Shown: positions 1-10,126 of the stretch, in pieces | Layout: each line of letters starts with the position of its first letter | Numbering within the stretch: position 1 is the stretch's first letter | Source: an uncultured Clostridia bacterium | GTDB lineage: Bacteria; Bacillota; Clostridia; TANB77; CAG-508 | NCBI GenBank assembly: GCA_944388735.1 | Contig: CALXJX010000006.1 | Location: forward strand, 1-53,408 | Direction of reading: 5' to 3' | DNA length: 53,408 bases | Notes under the pieces: generated by a model | Database searches by the model: none | Told to the model about the DNA's origin: nothing | Seen by the model: the letters and a program-made list of their open reading frames with translations, nothing else | Translations under genes and position numbers: made by a program

Positions 1-78
1 AGGGATCTCAAAAATCAAGAAACAAAGTCAGTTCAAGATTTTAATGAAGAGGAATCCTACTAAAAATTTATGCTATCA

Positions 79-219
79 TTGTTCGTGCGCCAATTTTACG
101 TTAGTAAAATTGTGTGCAATAATGCTTAGTTATAGAAAATTTTTATTTTCTATAACTGACCAAGCTGAGAAGATTGCGAAAGAAAGTATTTTACCTCATT
201 GACCTCTGTATGGTTACAA
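79..219. repeat. Composite palindromic repeat: family C-like core plus family B right arm (left part probably outside the window)
   Basis: gtgcgccaattttacg-tagtaaaattgtgtgca matches the family C core; aagctgagaagattgcgaaagaaag...ttgacctctg...gttacaa matches the family B right arm. Confidence 0.7.
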
Positions 220-370
220 TAAATAATAATAGAATTCAATTCATTTTTTTGCTGATAAGCAATAACAAAATAAACTGAATTCTACTGTCAAAAAATTAAT
301 CCTTATTTAATCACATTCTTTCTTAAAGGCACAAATCTAGTTGAGAAAAATTGTAATTAATTTTCAATCC

Positions 371-1141
371 TTATACTCCAACTACAGAAAATCCATTATC
401 AACATGAATAATCTCTCCTGTAATTGCACTTGATAAATCACTAAATAAAAATGCTGTAGCATCTCCTACTTGTTCTATAGTCACATTTTTATGCAAAGGT
501 GCTCTTTCTTCAACAATATCTAAAATTGAACCAAAATCTTTAATTCCTTTTGCAGACAATGTTTTTATAGGACCTGCTGAAATACCATTAATTCTATATC
601 CGTCTTTTCCCAAATCTCTTGAAAGATATCTTATACTTGCCTCTAAAGCTGCTTTAGCTACACCCATAACATTATATCCTTCAATAGCTTTTTCAGAACC
701 GTAATATGTATATGCAACAATGCTAGCATTCTCATTTAGTAATTCTTTATCTCGCGCAATTCTTGCTATAGCAACTAGAGAATAACTACTAACATCTTGA
801 GCATGTGCATATCCCTCTCTTGAAGTTAGAATAAAATCGTTTCTTAAATCTTCTGTATTGGCATGTGCAATTGCATGTAATATTCCGTCTACTTTTCCAT
901 GATTCTTTTTAATTTCATCAAAACAATTTTCTATGTCTTCATCTTTGCTAACATCATCACAAACGTAAACAGTTGCCCCTGGTATTTCTTCTAGCAATGG
1001 TTTTACCTTTTCTAGGCTTCCTTCTGAACATGTACATATTACTTCTGCTCCTTGTTTATATGCTGAACACGCAGCTCCCCATGCAATACTCCATTTATTT
1101 CTAACTCCCATAATTACTACTTTTTTTCCTTGTAAAATCAT
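371..1141 (-). CDS. fabI: Enoyl-ACP reductase FabI
   Basis: GVRNKWSIAWG, YNVMGVAKAALE and ISAGPIKTL motifs; last gene of fab cluster. Confidence 0.93.
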   Translation of the reverse strand: MILQGKKVVIMGVRNKWSIAWGAACSAYKQGAEVICTCSEGSLEKVKPLLEEIPGATVYVCDDVSKDEDIENCFDEIKKNHGKVDGILHAIAHANTEDLRNDFILTSREGYAHAQDVSSYSLVAIARIARDKELLNENASIVAYTYYGSEKAIEGYNVMGVAKAALEASIRYLSRDLGKDGYRINGISAGPIKTLSAKGIKDFGSILDIVEERAPLHKNVTIEQVGDATAFLFSDLSSAITGEIIHVDNGFSVVGV

Positions 1142-1164
1142 TGTTAACCTCCTTATATTTATTT

Positions 1165-1947
1165 TTACATTTTTCTGAATTTTTGATATCTATTTTCTAT
1201 CAATTCTTCAGAACTCAAATTCTCTAACTCCCTAATATTCTTGATAAAATATTGTTTCAAATCACCACACACTTGCTTCATATCATTTTGAGCACCAGCA
1301 TCTGGCTCTTTAATTATCTTATCAATAATATTTAATTTTTTCAAGTCCTTAGCTGTCAATTTCATGCTATTTGCTGCTTCCTTAGCTTTACTTGAATCTT
1401 TAAATAAAATACTTGCAAATCCTTCTGGAGAAAGAATAGAATACACAGAATTTTCTAGCATAACAATCTTATCTCCTACTCCAATAGCCAATGCACCACC
1501 ACTAGAGCCTTCTCCTATTACTGTACAAATAATTGGAACTTTTAGTCTAGACATCTCTATCAAATTTCTGGCAATTGCCTCTCCTTGGCCTCTTTCTTCT
1601 GCACCCATTCCAGGATATGCTCCTGGTGTATCAATAAATGTTATAATTGGTCTATTAAACTTTTCAGCTTGTTTCATTAGTCTTAACGCTTTTCTATAAC
1701 CGTCAGGCTCTGGCATACCAAAATTTCTTTCCATGTTTTCTTTTACATTTTTACCTTTTTGTTCTCCAATTATAGTCACAGCTTTTCCGTCTAATTTTGC
1801 AATTCCACCAACAATGGATTTATCATCTGCATATTTTCTATCTCCATGTAGTTCTATAAACTCATCAAATATATTATTTATATAATCTAAAGCTTTTGGT
1901 CTTTCTAGTTGTCTTGCAAGCTGTACTCTATCCCATGCAGTTTTCAT
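1165..1947 (-). CDS. accA: Acetyl-CoA carboxylase carboxyltransferase alpha
   Basis: [41 protein letters not shown] motifs. Confidence 0.96.
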   Translation of the reverse strand: MKTAWDRVQLARQLERPKALDYINNIFDEFIELHGDRKYADDKSIVGGIAKLDGKAVTIIGEQKGKNVKENMERNFGMPEPDGYRKALRLMKQAEKFNRPIITFIDTPGAYPGMGAEERGQGEAIARNLIEMSRLKVPIICTVIGEGSSGGALAIGVGDKIVMLENSVYSILSPEGFASILFKDSSKAKEAANSMKLTAKDLKKLNIIDKIIKEPDAGAQNDMKQVCGDLKQYFIKNIRELENLSSEELIENRYQKFRKM

Positions 1948-1972
1948 TTCACTTTTTCCTCCTTTTTTGTGT

Positions 1973-2115
1973 GATGTGTGCCATTGGGGACGTGTTTTTT
2001 TGGCACAAAATAAAATTTAAAAAATATCAAATTTAAATTGTTTAGAAATTTTTATTTAATTACTTATTTTAATACGTTTTTGTGCCAAAAAAACACGTCC
2101 CCAATGGCACACATC
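1973..2115. repeat. Family A REP-doublet/MITE-like element, copy 1
   Basis: ~38-bp perfect inverted repeat gatgtgtgccattggggacgtgtttttttggcacaaaa around an AT-rich spacer. Confidence 0.85.
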
Positions 2116-2121
2116 CGGCAA

Positions 2122-2967
2122 TTATTTATGTAGCCTCAATAATTGAGCAATTGTTGATTTCATATCTTTTCTTTCGACTATTTTATCTATAAAACCATGT
2201 TCTAGTAAAAACTCAGAACTTTGAAATCCCTCAGGCAATTTTTGTTTTATTGTTTGCTCAATGACTCTAGGTCCTGCAAATCCAATTAAAGCTTTAGGTT
2301 CGGCTAATATAATATCCCCTAAACTTGCAAAGCTCGCTGTCACTCCTCCTGTAGTAGGGTCTGTTAAAACTGAAATATATAATAGCCCTGCTTCATCTAA
2401 TTTTGCTAATGCTGCTGAAGTTTTTGCCATCTGCATTAATGATACTATTCCTTCTTGCATTCTTGCTCCGCCAGATACACAGAAAATGATAATTGGTAAC
2501 TTCTTTTCTATTGCCGTTTCTATTGCAAGTGTAATTCTTTCTCCAACGCTACTTCCCATGCTTCCCATTAAAAAGTTTCCATCCATAACAGCTAATACTG
2601 CTTTTTCTCCCTCTATTTCACATGTCCCACATTTAACTGCTTCATCTATTTTTGTTTTTTCTCTTAGACTTTCAACTTTTTTTAGGTATCCTTCAAATTC
2701 TAATGGATCTTTTGTCACAATATCTTTTCCTATTTCTTGAAAAGTTCCTTCATCTGCAATTTGTTTTATTCTTCTTCTTGAAGATAATCTAAAATGTTTG
2801 CCACAATTTGGACATACACTTAAGTTTTGATGCAGTTCTTCTTTATATAATATTTCTTTGCAGTTATCACATTTGACCCACTTTCCAATCATCATGTCTG
2901 CTGCTTTTTCATTTTTTTGTTTGTTTTTTTCTTCTCCATTTATCTTTTTTACTTTATCGATAATCAA
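2122..2967 (-). CDS. accD: Acetyl-CoA carboxylase carboxyltransferase beta
   Basis: Zn finger CDNC...[34 protein letters not shown]; start moved to TTG at 2967 because AAGGAGAGG lies just upstream. Confidence 0.95.
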   Translation of the reverse strand: MIIDKVKKINGEEKNKQKNEKAADMMIGKWVKCDNCKEILYKEELHQNLSVCPNCGKHFRLSSRRRIKQIADEGTFQEIGKDIVTKDPLEFEGYLKKVESLREKTKIDEAVKCGTCEIEGEKAVLAVMDGNFLMGSMGSSVGERITLAIETAIEKKLPIIIFCVSGGARMQEGIVSLMQMAKTSAALAKLDEAGLLYISVLTDPTTGGVTASFASLGDIILAEPKALIGFAGPRVIEQTIKQKLPEGFQSSEFLLEHGFIDKIVERKDMKSTIAQLLRLHK

Positions 2968-3011
2968 GATTTCCTCTCCTTTCAAAAACTACTAATATTT
3001 ATTGTTTTACA

Positions 3012-4112
3012 TTATACTCCCAAACAAAGTTCAGTTTCTTTTTTCAATTGTTGCAGTAGTTTTGGAACTGTTGTTATTTCGCTAATTTTATCTACATTGC
3101 TTCCACAAAAAATTAGACCTTCTTCTAAGTTTCCTTTAACTGCATTTATTAGTGCTTTTGTAATACAATATGGTGTTTCTGCTACTTTACAAGTTTTTAT
3201 ACAATTATAACATCTTGTTACTTTTTCTTTATGTTCATAAACTTTTTTTATAAATTTATTTTCTATTGCTCTACCAGGCATTCCAACAGGACTTTTTATA
3301 ATTTTAATGTCTTCTTTTTTTGCATTTATATATGCTTGTTTATATTTTTCAGATGCGTCACATTCCTCTGTTGCTACAAATCTAGTTGCCATTTGAACTC
3401 CTGCTGCTCCCATTTTTATATATTTTGCAATGTCTTTTCCGTCAAATACTCCTCCTGCAACAACTACTGGTATTTCTTTTCCTGTTTCTTCTTCTATTTT
3501 ATGAACTTCTTCTAATACTTCTTTTGTAATTTGCTCTAGTTTTGGTCTTTCTTCTATAGTTATAGGATTTTCTCCACTACCTACTTCTTCTGGTTTAAAT
3601 CCTAAGTGTCCTCCTGCTTCTGGTCCTTCTATTACTATCATATCTGGTACATAGTTATGTTTTGTTATCCATAGTTTGCTAATTAATTTTGCACCTTTGG
3701 CTGATGATATAATTGGTGCAATTTTTGTTTTTGTGCCTTTTACAAATTCGGGTAATTCTTTTGGTAATCCTGCTCCTGAAATGATTAGATCGATCCCATT
3801 TTGCACACATCTTTTTACTATTACTGCATAATGTGTTAAAGCTACCATTACATTAACTCCAATAATTCCATTTGGTGCTATTTCTCTAGCTGCTTTTATC
3901 TCCTTGTCTATTGCTCTTAAATTTGCCTCTTCAGGATTTTTTTCAAAATCAGGTTCTTGATATCCGATATCTGCTGTCGAAATAATTCCTATTCCACCTG
4001 CTTTTGCCACTGCTCCTGCAAGCTTATGCATTGAAACACCTACTCCCATACCTCCTTGTATGATTGGTAATTTTGAGATTTTGTCTCCTATTTTTAAACC
4101 TTTTAATTCCAT
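3012..4112 (-). CDS. Nitronate monooxygenase / FabK-like flavin-dependent oxidoreductase
   Basis: PIIQGGMGVG, EGPEAGGHLG, GVQMATRF, C-terminal CxxCxxxC; inside fab cluster; start 4112 preferred over 4124 on RBS spacing. Confidence 0.8.
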   Translation of the reverse strand: MELKGLKIGDKISKLPIIQGGMGVGVSMHKLAGAVAKAGGIGIISTADIGYQEPDFEKNPEEANLRAIDKEIKAAREIAPNGIIGVNVMVALTHYAVIVKRCVQNGIDLIISGAGLPKELPEFVKGTKTKIAPIISSAKGAKLISKLWITKHNYVPDMIVIEGPEAGGHLGFKPEEVGSGENPITIEERPKLEQITKEVLEEVHKIEEETGKEIPVVVAGGVFDGKDIAKYIKMGAAGVQMATRFVATEECDASEKYKQAYINAKKEDIKIIKSPVGMPGRAIENKFIKKVYEHKEKVTRCYNCIKTCKVAETPYCITKALINAVKGNLEEGLIFCGSNVDKISEITTVPKLLQQLKKETELCLGV

Positions 4113-4124
4113 ATTATATTCCAT

Positions 4125-4170
4125 TCCTTGTATAATATATTTAGGTTTTTAAATGGTTCCCTATAAACCT
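4125..4170 (-). promoter_or_regulatory. Conserved leader motif E, copy 1 (AGGTTT..AAACCT inverted repeat followed by RBS)
   Basis: Near-identical to 38474-38522 and 48023-48069. Confidence 0.6.
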
Positions 4171-4195
4171 TTTTACCTTAAAGTATCAATATCTT

Positions 4196-5539
4196 TTATG
4201 TATTAAATTCTTTTTGTATAAAAGATGTATCATAATTATTTTCGACAAAATTTTTATTTTCTAATATTTTTAAAATGAAATCCGCATTTGTTTGTATTCC
4301 TTCTACAACTAATTCTGCTACTGCACTTTTTAATTTTGCTATTGCTTCTTTTCTATTATTTGCATGTACGATAATTTTTGCAAGCATAGAATCATAAGTT
4401 GGAGGAACTGTATATCCAGAATAAATAGCAGTATCCACTCTAATACCATTTCCACCTGGTAGATGTAATCCTGTAATAGTTCCTGGACATGGCATAAAAT
4501 TTTTTTCAGGAATTTCTGCATTAATTCTTGCTTCCATACTATGTCCTGTAAAGTGAATATCTTTTTGTTTATATTCTAATTTCTCTCCACTTGCTACTTT
4601 TATTTGTTCTTTTATGATATCTAATCCTGTTACCATTTCTGTAACCGGATGTTCCACTTGAACTCTTGTATTCATTTCCATAAAATAAAAGTCTTGATTT
4701 TTGTCTACTAAAAACTCTATTGTTCCTGCATTTGTATAACCAATTTCTTTTACTGCTTTTACTGCAACTTCTCCCATTTTATTTCTTGTTTCTTCATTTA
4801 ACAATGCAGATGGTGTTTCTTCCAATACTTTTTGATTTCTTCTTTGTACTGAACAGTCTCTTTCTCCTAAATGAATACAGTTTCCATGTTCATCTGCTAA
4901 TACTTGTATTTCTACATGTCTTGGATTTTCTACAAATTTTTCTATGTATAAGCTATCATCATTAAAAGAAACTTTTGCCTCTTGCTTTACAATGTAATAT
5001 TCTTTTTCTAATTCTTTTTCTGAGTATGCAATTCTAATACCTCTTCCTCCACCACCTGCTGATGCTTTTAATATAACAGGATATTTGATTTTTTTTGCAA
5101 TTTCTATTGCTTGCTCTTTTGAATAAATCAAACCTTCTGATCCTGGTACTACTGGAACACCTGCTCTTTTCATTGTTTCTTTTGCCATAGATTTATTTCC
5201 TAATAATGTAATTAATTTATAATTAGGTCCGATAAATTTAATTCCCATTTCTTCACAAATTTTTGCAAAATTAGCATTTTCTGATAAAAAACCATATCCT
5301 GGATGAATACTATCTGCTCCTGTTAAACATGCTGCTTCTAATATAGCTTTTACATTTAAATAGCTTTTATTAGATTGTGCCGGTCCTATACATATTGCTT
5401 CATCAGCTAAACTTACATGTAAAGCATTTTTATCAGCTTCTGAATATATAGCAACTGTTCTTATTCCCATTTCTCTGCATGCTCTTATAATTCTAACTGC
5501 TATTTCCCCTCTATTTGCAATTAATATCTTTTTTAACAT
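4196..5539 (-). CDS. accC: Biotin carboxylase
   Basis: KILIANRGEIAVR, HPGYGFLSEN, RDCSVQRRNQK, EMNTRVQVEH. Confidence 0.97.
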   Translation of the reverse strand: MLKKILIANRGEIAVRIIRACREMGIRTVAIYSEADKNALHVSLADEAICIGPAQSNKSYLNVKAILEAACLTGADSIHPGYGFLSENANFAKICEEMGIKFIGPNYKLITLLGNKSMAKETMKRAGVPVVPGSEGLIYSKEQAIEIAKKIKYPVILKASAGGGGRGIRIAYSEKELEKEYYIVKQEAKVSFNDDSLYIEKFVENPRHVEIQVLADEHGNCIHLGERDCSVQRRNQKVLEETPSALLNEETRNKMGEVAVKAVKEIGYTNAGTIEFLVDKNQDFYFMEMNTRVQVEHPVTEMVTGLDIIKEQIKVASGEKLEYKQKDIHFTGHSMEARINAEIPEKNFMPCPGTITGLHLPGGNGIRVDTAIYSGYTVPPTYDSMLAKIIVHANNRKEAIAKLKSAVAELVVEGIQTNADFILKILENKNFVENNYDTSFIQKEFNT

Positions 5540-5629
5540 TTTTTCATTTCTCCCTTAGAATTTTAATTTTATTCTATTTTTTAGACTATGTGCTGTTTTA
5601 AAATAACTTTATTTTAGTTTATTTATTAT

Positions 5630-6052
5630 TTATACTAGTGCAAACGTAAGCTCACCTTTAACTGCTACTTTTCCGTCAACTGTTGCAATTGCTTCTCCAA
5701 TTCCTATTGGTCCTTTTTTCTTGATAATTTTTACTTCTAATCTTAATGTATCTCCTGGAACTACTTGTTTTTTAAATCTTAGTTTATCAATTCCTCCAAA
5801 CAAAGCATTTTTTCCTTTATTCTCTTCCATTGATAAAATTGCTACTGCTCCTGTTTGTGCTAAGCTTTCTACAATTAATACTCCTGGCATAATTGGATTT
5901 CCTGGGAAATGTCCTTTGAAGTAATATTCATCTTCTCTAACTTCTTTATATGCTACACAACTTTCTCCTGGAACATATTCTTCAACTTTATCAATCATTA
6001 AGAATGGATCTCTTTGTGGAATTATTTTTTCTATTTCTTCTTTGTTTAACAT
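5630..6052 (-). CDS. fabZ: 3-hydroxyacyl-ACP dehydratase
   Basis: [22 protein letters not shown] motif. Confidence 0.96.
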   Translation of the reverse strand: MLNKEEIEKIIPQRDPFLMIDKVEEYVPGESCVAYKEVREDEYYFKGHFPGNPIMPGVLIVESLAQTGAVAILSMEENKGKNALFGGIDKLRFKKQVVPGDTLRLEVKIIKKKGPIGIGEAIATVDGKVAVKGELTFALV

Positions 6053-6122
6053 TTTAATTTGACTCCTTTAACTATTTTTTACAATGAATCATAATAATTA
6101 TATATTGATTTGCTAGTTTTTA

Positions 6123-6151
6123 TTGACAAATCTTCTATATTATGGTAACAT
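6123..6151 (+). promoter_or_regulatory. SigA-type promoter antisense to the fab operon
   Basis: TTGACA (6123-6128), 17-bp spacer, TG-extended TAACAT (6146-6151). Confidence 0.65.
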
Positions 6152-6157
6152 TATATT

Positions 6158-6293
6158 GCAAACACGATGTGTTTGTTAGGCTAGGGAGTGTTTTATAATT
6201 TCAAGTAAACAACAACACCCATTTTGTATTACTCCTTAACAAAAATTTTTTAACACTCCCGGAATTTGGCAAAGCTTTATGCTTTGCCTTTTT
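6158..6293 (+). ncRNA. Candidate ~135-nt structured small RNA
   Basis: Promoter upstream; 5' hairpin gcaaacac/gtgtttgt; stem gggagtgtt/aacactccc; terminator ggcaaagc/gctttgcc plus T-run; no ORF. Confidence 0.55.
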
Positions 6294-6294
6294 C

Positions 6295-6765
6295 TTATTT
6301 TATTTTAAATAGTGGTGTACCATATTCAACTACATCTTCATTATTAACACAGATTTCTGCAATTTCCCCATCAAATTCTGATTCTATTTCATTCATCAAT
6401 TTCATAGCTTCAACAATACATAATACTTGCCCTTTGTGAACTCTATCTCCTATTTTTACAAATGGTTCTTTGTCAGGAGATGAGCTTGCATAAAATGTTC
6501 CAACCATTGGAGATTTTACAATCTTATAATTTTCTTCTTTTGGTTGAATATTTACTAAACTAGTCTCTTTATTTTCTTGAACTGTTGGAACTGTTAACGG
6601 TGCACTTGCTTCTATAACTTGGTTTTGCATTCCTGTTGATGTGACAACTTTATTTGAATTTTTGGTCATACTAATTTTAATTCCTTCTGGAAATTCTATT
6701 TCTAATGAATCTAAATTTGAATTTCCCATATCATCAATTAATTTCTTTATATCTTTATAATCCAT
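6295..6765 (-). CDS. accB: Biotin carboxyl carrier protein
   Basis: KSPMVGTFY and EAMKLMNEIE biotinylation motif. Confidence 0.96.
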   Translation of the reverse strand: MDYKDIKKLIDDMGNSNLDSLEIEFPEGIKISMTKNSNKVVTSTGMQNQVIEASAPLTVPTVQENKETSLVNIQPKEENYKIVKSPMVGTFYASSSPDKEPFVKIGDRVHKGQVLCIVEAMKLMNEIESEFDGEIAEICVNNEDVVEYGTPLFKIK

Positions 6766-6781
6766 TTATATCATCCTTTCA

Positions 6782-6925
6782 ACTTTGTGCCATTGGGGAC
6801 GTGTTTTTTTGGCACAAAATAAAAATTAAGAAAATTTAAAAATCAAATTATTTAAGAATTCTTATTTAATTATTTATATTAATATATTTTTGTGCCAAAA
6901 AAACACGTCCCCAATGGCACAAAGT
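6782..6925. repeat. Family A REP-doublet/MITE-like element, copy 2
   Basis: Inverted repeat actttgtgccattggggacgtgtttttttggcacaaaa; spacer similar to copy 1. Confidence 0.85.
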
Positions 6926-6931
6926 CAATAA

Positions 6932-8170
6932 TTAAATTTCATATTGTTTTAATAGGATAGTGCTATTGTGTCCCCCAAATCCTAATGAGTTAGACATAGC
7001 ATATTTTACTTCTACTTTTCTTCCTTCATTTGGAACAATATCTAAATCACATTCCTCATCTGGAACTTGATAATGTATTGTTGCTGGTACAAATCCTTCA
7101 TCTATTGCTTTTGCACACACAATTGCTTCTATTCCTCCAGCAGCTCCTAATAAATGTCCTGTATGTCCTTTTGTTGAGCTTACCATTACTGTTTTTGATG
7201 CTTCTCCTAATGCTGTTTTTATTGCTTGTGTTTCGCATGCATCATTTAAATGTGTTGATGTACCATGTGCATTAATGTAAGTTATTTCTTCTGGATTTAC
7301 ATTTGCTTCTTGCATAGCAAGTTTCATTGCTCTTGCTCCGCCTTCTCCTCCTGGTGCTGGTGATGTGATATGATATGCATCTGATGTTGCTCCATATCCA
7401 ACTATTTCTGCATATATTTTAGCTCCTCTTTTCTTTGCATGTTCTAATTCTTCTAATATTATCATTCCTGCACCTTCTCCCATTACAAAGCCACTTCTTT
7501 CTTTGTCAAATGGAATACTAGCTCTATTTTTATTTTCTGCCCTTGTTAATGCTTTTATATTTGTGAATCCTGCTACACTAAGTGGTGTTATTGAGCTTTC
7601 TGTTCCTCCTGCTACTATTATATCTTGATATCCATGTTTTATCATCCTAAAGCTCTCTCCTATACAATGTGTTCCAGTTGCACATGCTGTTACCATTGCC
7701 ATAGATTCACCTTTTATTCCTAATTCTATTGCTACATTACCTGTTGCCATATTTAAAATTCCCATAGGTATATACATTGGAGAAATTCTGTCTGGTCCTT
7801 TTTCTATTAATTTTGTTTGCTCTGTTTCAATTGTTTCTATTCCTCCTATTCCAGAACCTAATATAACCCCAACTCTTTCCATGTTTTCTTTTTCTTTATC
7901 TAATCCACTGTCTTTCCATGCTTCTCTTGATGCTATTATTGCATATTGTGAAAATTTATCTAATCTTTTTGCTTCTCTTTTATCAAAATAATCTTCTGGA
8001 TTATATCCTTTTACTTCTGCTGCCAATTTTACTTTAAAATTTGTTGTGTCAAATGCGGTAATTTGGTCTATACCACATTTTCCTTCTTTTATTCCTTCCC
8101 AAAATGTCTTTACATCATTTCCTATAGGAGTAATAGCTCCTAGTCCTGTAATAACAACTCTTCTTTCCAT
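6932..8170 (-). CDS. fabF: Beta-ketoacyl-ACP synthase II
   Basis: RRVVITGLG, TACATG, YINAHGTST, GHLLGAAG, SNSLGFGGHN. Confidence 0.97.
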   Translation of the reverse strand: MERRVVITGLGAITPIGNDVKTFWEGIKEGKCGIDQITAFDTTNFKVKLAAEVKGYNPEDYFDKREAKRLDKFSQYAIIASREAWKDSGLDKEKENMERVGVILGSGIGGIETIETEQTKLIEKGPDRISPMYIPMGILNMATGNVAIELGIKGESMAMVTACATGTHCIGESFRMIKHGYQDIIVAGGTESSITPLSVAGFTNIKALTRAENKNRASIPFDKERSGFVMGEGAGMIILEELEHAKKRGAKIYAEIVGYGATSDAYHITSPAPGGEGGARAMKLAMQEANVNPEEITYINAHGTSTHLNDACETQAIKTALGEASKTVMVSSTKGHTGHLLGAAGGIEAIVCAKAIDEGFVPATIHYQVPDEECDLDIVPNEGRKVEVKYAMSNSLGFGGHNSTILLKQYEI

Positions 8171-8192
8171 TTGATCTGCTCCTTTCTTTTTA

Positions 8193-8933
8193 TTACATTA
8201 CCATTCCACCATCAATATTAATAACTTGACCTGTAATGTATGAACTTGCATCCGAACCTAAGAAATAAATTAACTCTGCAACTTCTTTTGCTGTTCCCAT
8301 TCTTTTTAATGGTATTTGATTATGTATGTTTTCTTTTACTGCATCTGGTAAAACTTGCGTCATATCTGTTGCAATAAATCCAGGTGCTACTGCATTTGCT
8401 CTGATATTTCTTGATGCTAATTCTTTTGCTACACTTTTTGTAAATCCAATTATTCCGGCTTTTGATGCAGAATAGTTACATTGTCCAGCATTTCCTGCAA
8501 CTCCTACTACTGATGATAAGTTAATAATTGCTCCTTGCCTTTTTTTCATCATATATTTTGTAACTGCTTTTGTTACTATAAATGTTCCTTTTAAATTGAT
8601 TTCTAAAACTTTATCAAATTCTTCTTCACTCATTCTCATTAATAAATTGTCTTTTGTAATTCCTGCATTATTTACTAGTACGTCTATCTTTCCAAACTTT
8701 TCAATAGCTTGTTTTACAACATTTTCTACTTCTTCTGCATTTGATACATCTGCTTTTAATATTAAGCTTTCTGCCCCTTTATCTTTTAGTTCCTTTGTTA
8801 ATCCGTCTACATCTGTTTTATCTGATACGTAATTTAATATGACATCATAACCATCTTCTGCAAATTTAAGTGCTACTTCTTTTCCTATTCCTCTTGAACC
8901 ACCTGTTACAAACACTGTTTTCTTTTCTTCCAT
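8193..8933 (-). CDS. fabG: 3-oxoacyl-ACP reductase
   Basis: TGGSRGIG, NNAGITKD, YSASK. Confidence 0.96.
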   Translation of the reverse strand: MEEKKTVFVTGGSRGIGKEVALKFAEDGYDVILNYVSDKTDVDGLTKELKDKGAESLILKADVSNAEEVENVVKQAIEKFGKIDVLVNNAGITKDNLLMRMSEEEFDKVLEINLKGTFIVTKAVTKYMMKKRQGAIINLSSVVGVAGNAGQCNYSASKAGIIGFTKSVAKELASRNIRANAVAPGFIATDMTQVLPDAVKENIHNQIPLKRMGTAKEVAELIYFLGSDASSYITGQVINIDGGMVM

Positions 8934-8978
8934 TATCTTTCTTCCTCCTTCTTTTTATTTTGTTTAAAGTTATATAAA

Positions 8979-9923
8979 TTATATATAAGAAACTTCTATA
9001 TTACAAAAGTTTTCCAATGATTCCATATCATTGATGTTATATGTCTTGCTTTCTCTATTTTCTTTTTTTATAAAACCTGTTAAAACTTTTCCTGGTCCTA
9101 TTTCTATATATTCATCAACTTTTTCTTCTTGCATTAATTGAATTGCTTTATCAAATCTAACTGGGCTAACAATATGATTAGCTAAAATTTCTACCATATT
9201 GTCAGTTGAATTATAATAGTTTCCGTCTATATTTTTTATAACCTTTACTTGTGTATTGAAATTAAATTTTACTTTTTCTAACTCTTTTTTATATGCCTGC
9301 TTTGCTTGTTCTAATTTAATTGTATGAAATGGTCCGCCAGTTTTTAGTTTTACAACTTTCTTAGCTCCTGCTTCTTTTAACTTTTCTATTGCTTCATCAA
9401 TCGCTTCTGCTTCTCCTGATATAGCTGTTTGAACTTGGCAATTATAATTTGCCGGAACTACGAATTTTCCTTCTTTTGATATTTCCTCACATATTTTTTC
9501 TATAATTTTACTGTCTAAACCGATTACTGCCGCCATTGCATATTCCTCTTTTGGAATCATATTTCCCATATAATATCCTCTTTTTTGAACAAGTCTAATT
9601 CCGTCTTCAAGACTAATTATTCCAGCATATATTAATGCTCCATATTCTCCCAAGCTCAATCCAGTAGTAATGTCTGCATGAATCCCTTTTGATTTTAGTA
9701 CTTCTAAAATTGCTAGACTTGTTGTTAACATTGCAATTTGAGTGTTTTCTGTTTTATTTAATTCTTCTTCTGGTCCTTCAAAACATAACTTAGTAATATC
9801 TTTTCCTGTTATTTCGGATGCTTTTTCATAAATCTTTTTTGCTTCTTCATACTTTTCATAGATATCTTTTCCCATTCCTACACACTGTGCTCCCTGTCCA
9901 GGGAATAAAAATGCTCTTTTCAT
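8979..9923 (-). CDS. fabD: Malonyl-CoA:ACP transacylase
   Basis: FPGQGAQ, GLSLGEY, EIGPGKVL. Confidence 0.96.
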   Translation of the reverse strand: MKRAFLFPGQGAQCVGMGKDIYEKYEEAKKIYEKASEITGKDITKLCFEGPEEELNKTENTQIAMLTTSLAILEVLKSKGIHADITTGLSLGEYGALIYAGIISLEDGIRLVQKRGYYMGNMIPKEEYAMAAVIGLDSKIIEKICEEISKEGKFVVPANYNCQVQTAISGEAEAIDEAIEKLKEAGAKKVVKLKTGGPFHTIKLEQAKQAYKKELEKVKFNFNTQVKVIKNIDGNYYNSTDNMVEILANHIVSPVRFDKAIQLMQEEKVDEYIEIGPGKVLTGFIKKENRESKTYNINDMESLENFCNIEVSYI

Positions 9924-10126
9924 ATTAAATTCATTCCTCTCTTTGTTCTAAAGGTATATATAGCAATGAAATTAGATTTTTTTCAAGCTATCTTCCTCTC
10001 TTTTATATTTTTATAAAAATAATGACATTATTTTTCGTGATATAAAAATATCAATCTACTCACGATATATATATTAAGCTTTAACTTTTTTAATTGCACT
10101 ATTAAGCAATGAAAAAGCTTTCATTG

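Noticed and set aside
10035-10126. Short palindromes between fabH and fabD (tcgtga/tcacga; caatgaaa/tttcattg) as fab operators
   Set aside because: Not repeated elsewhere in the cluster and no regulator nearby.
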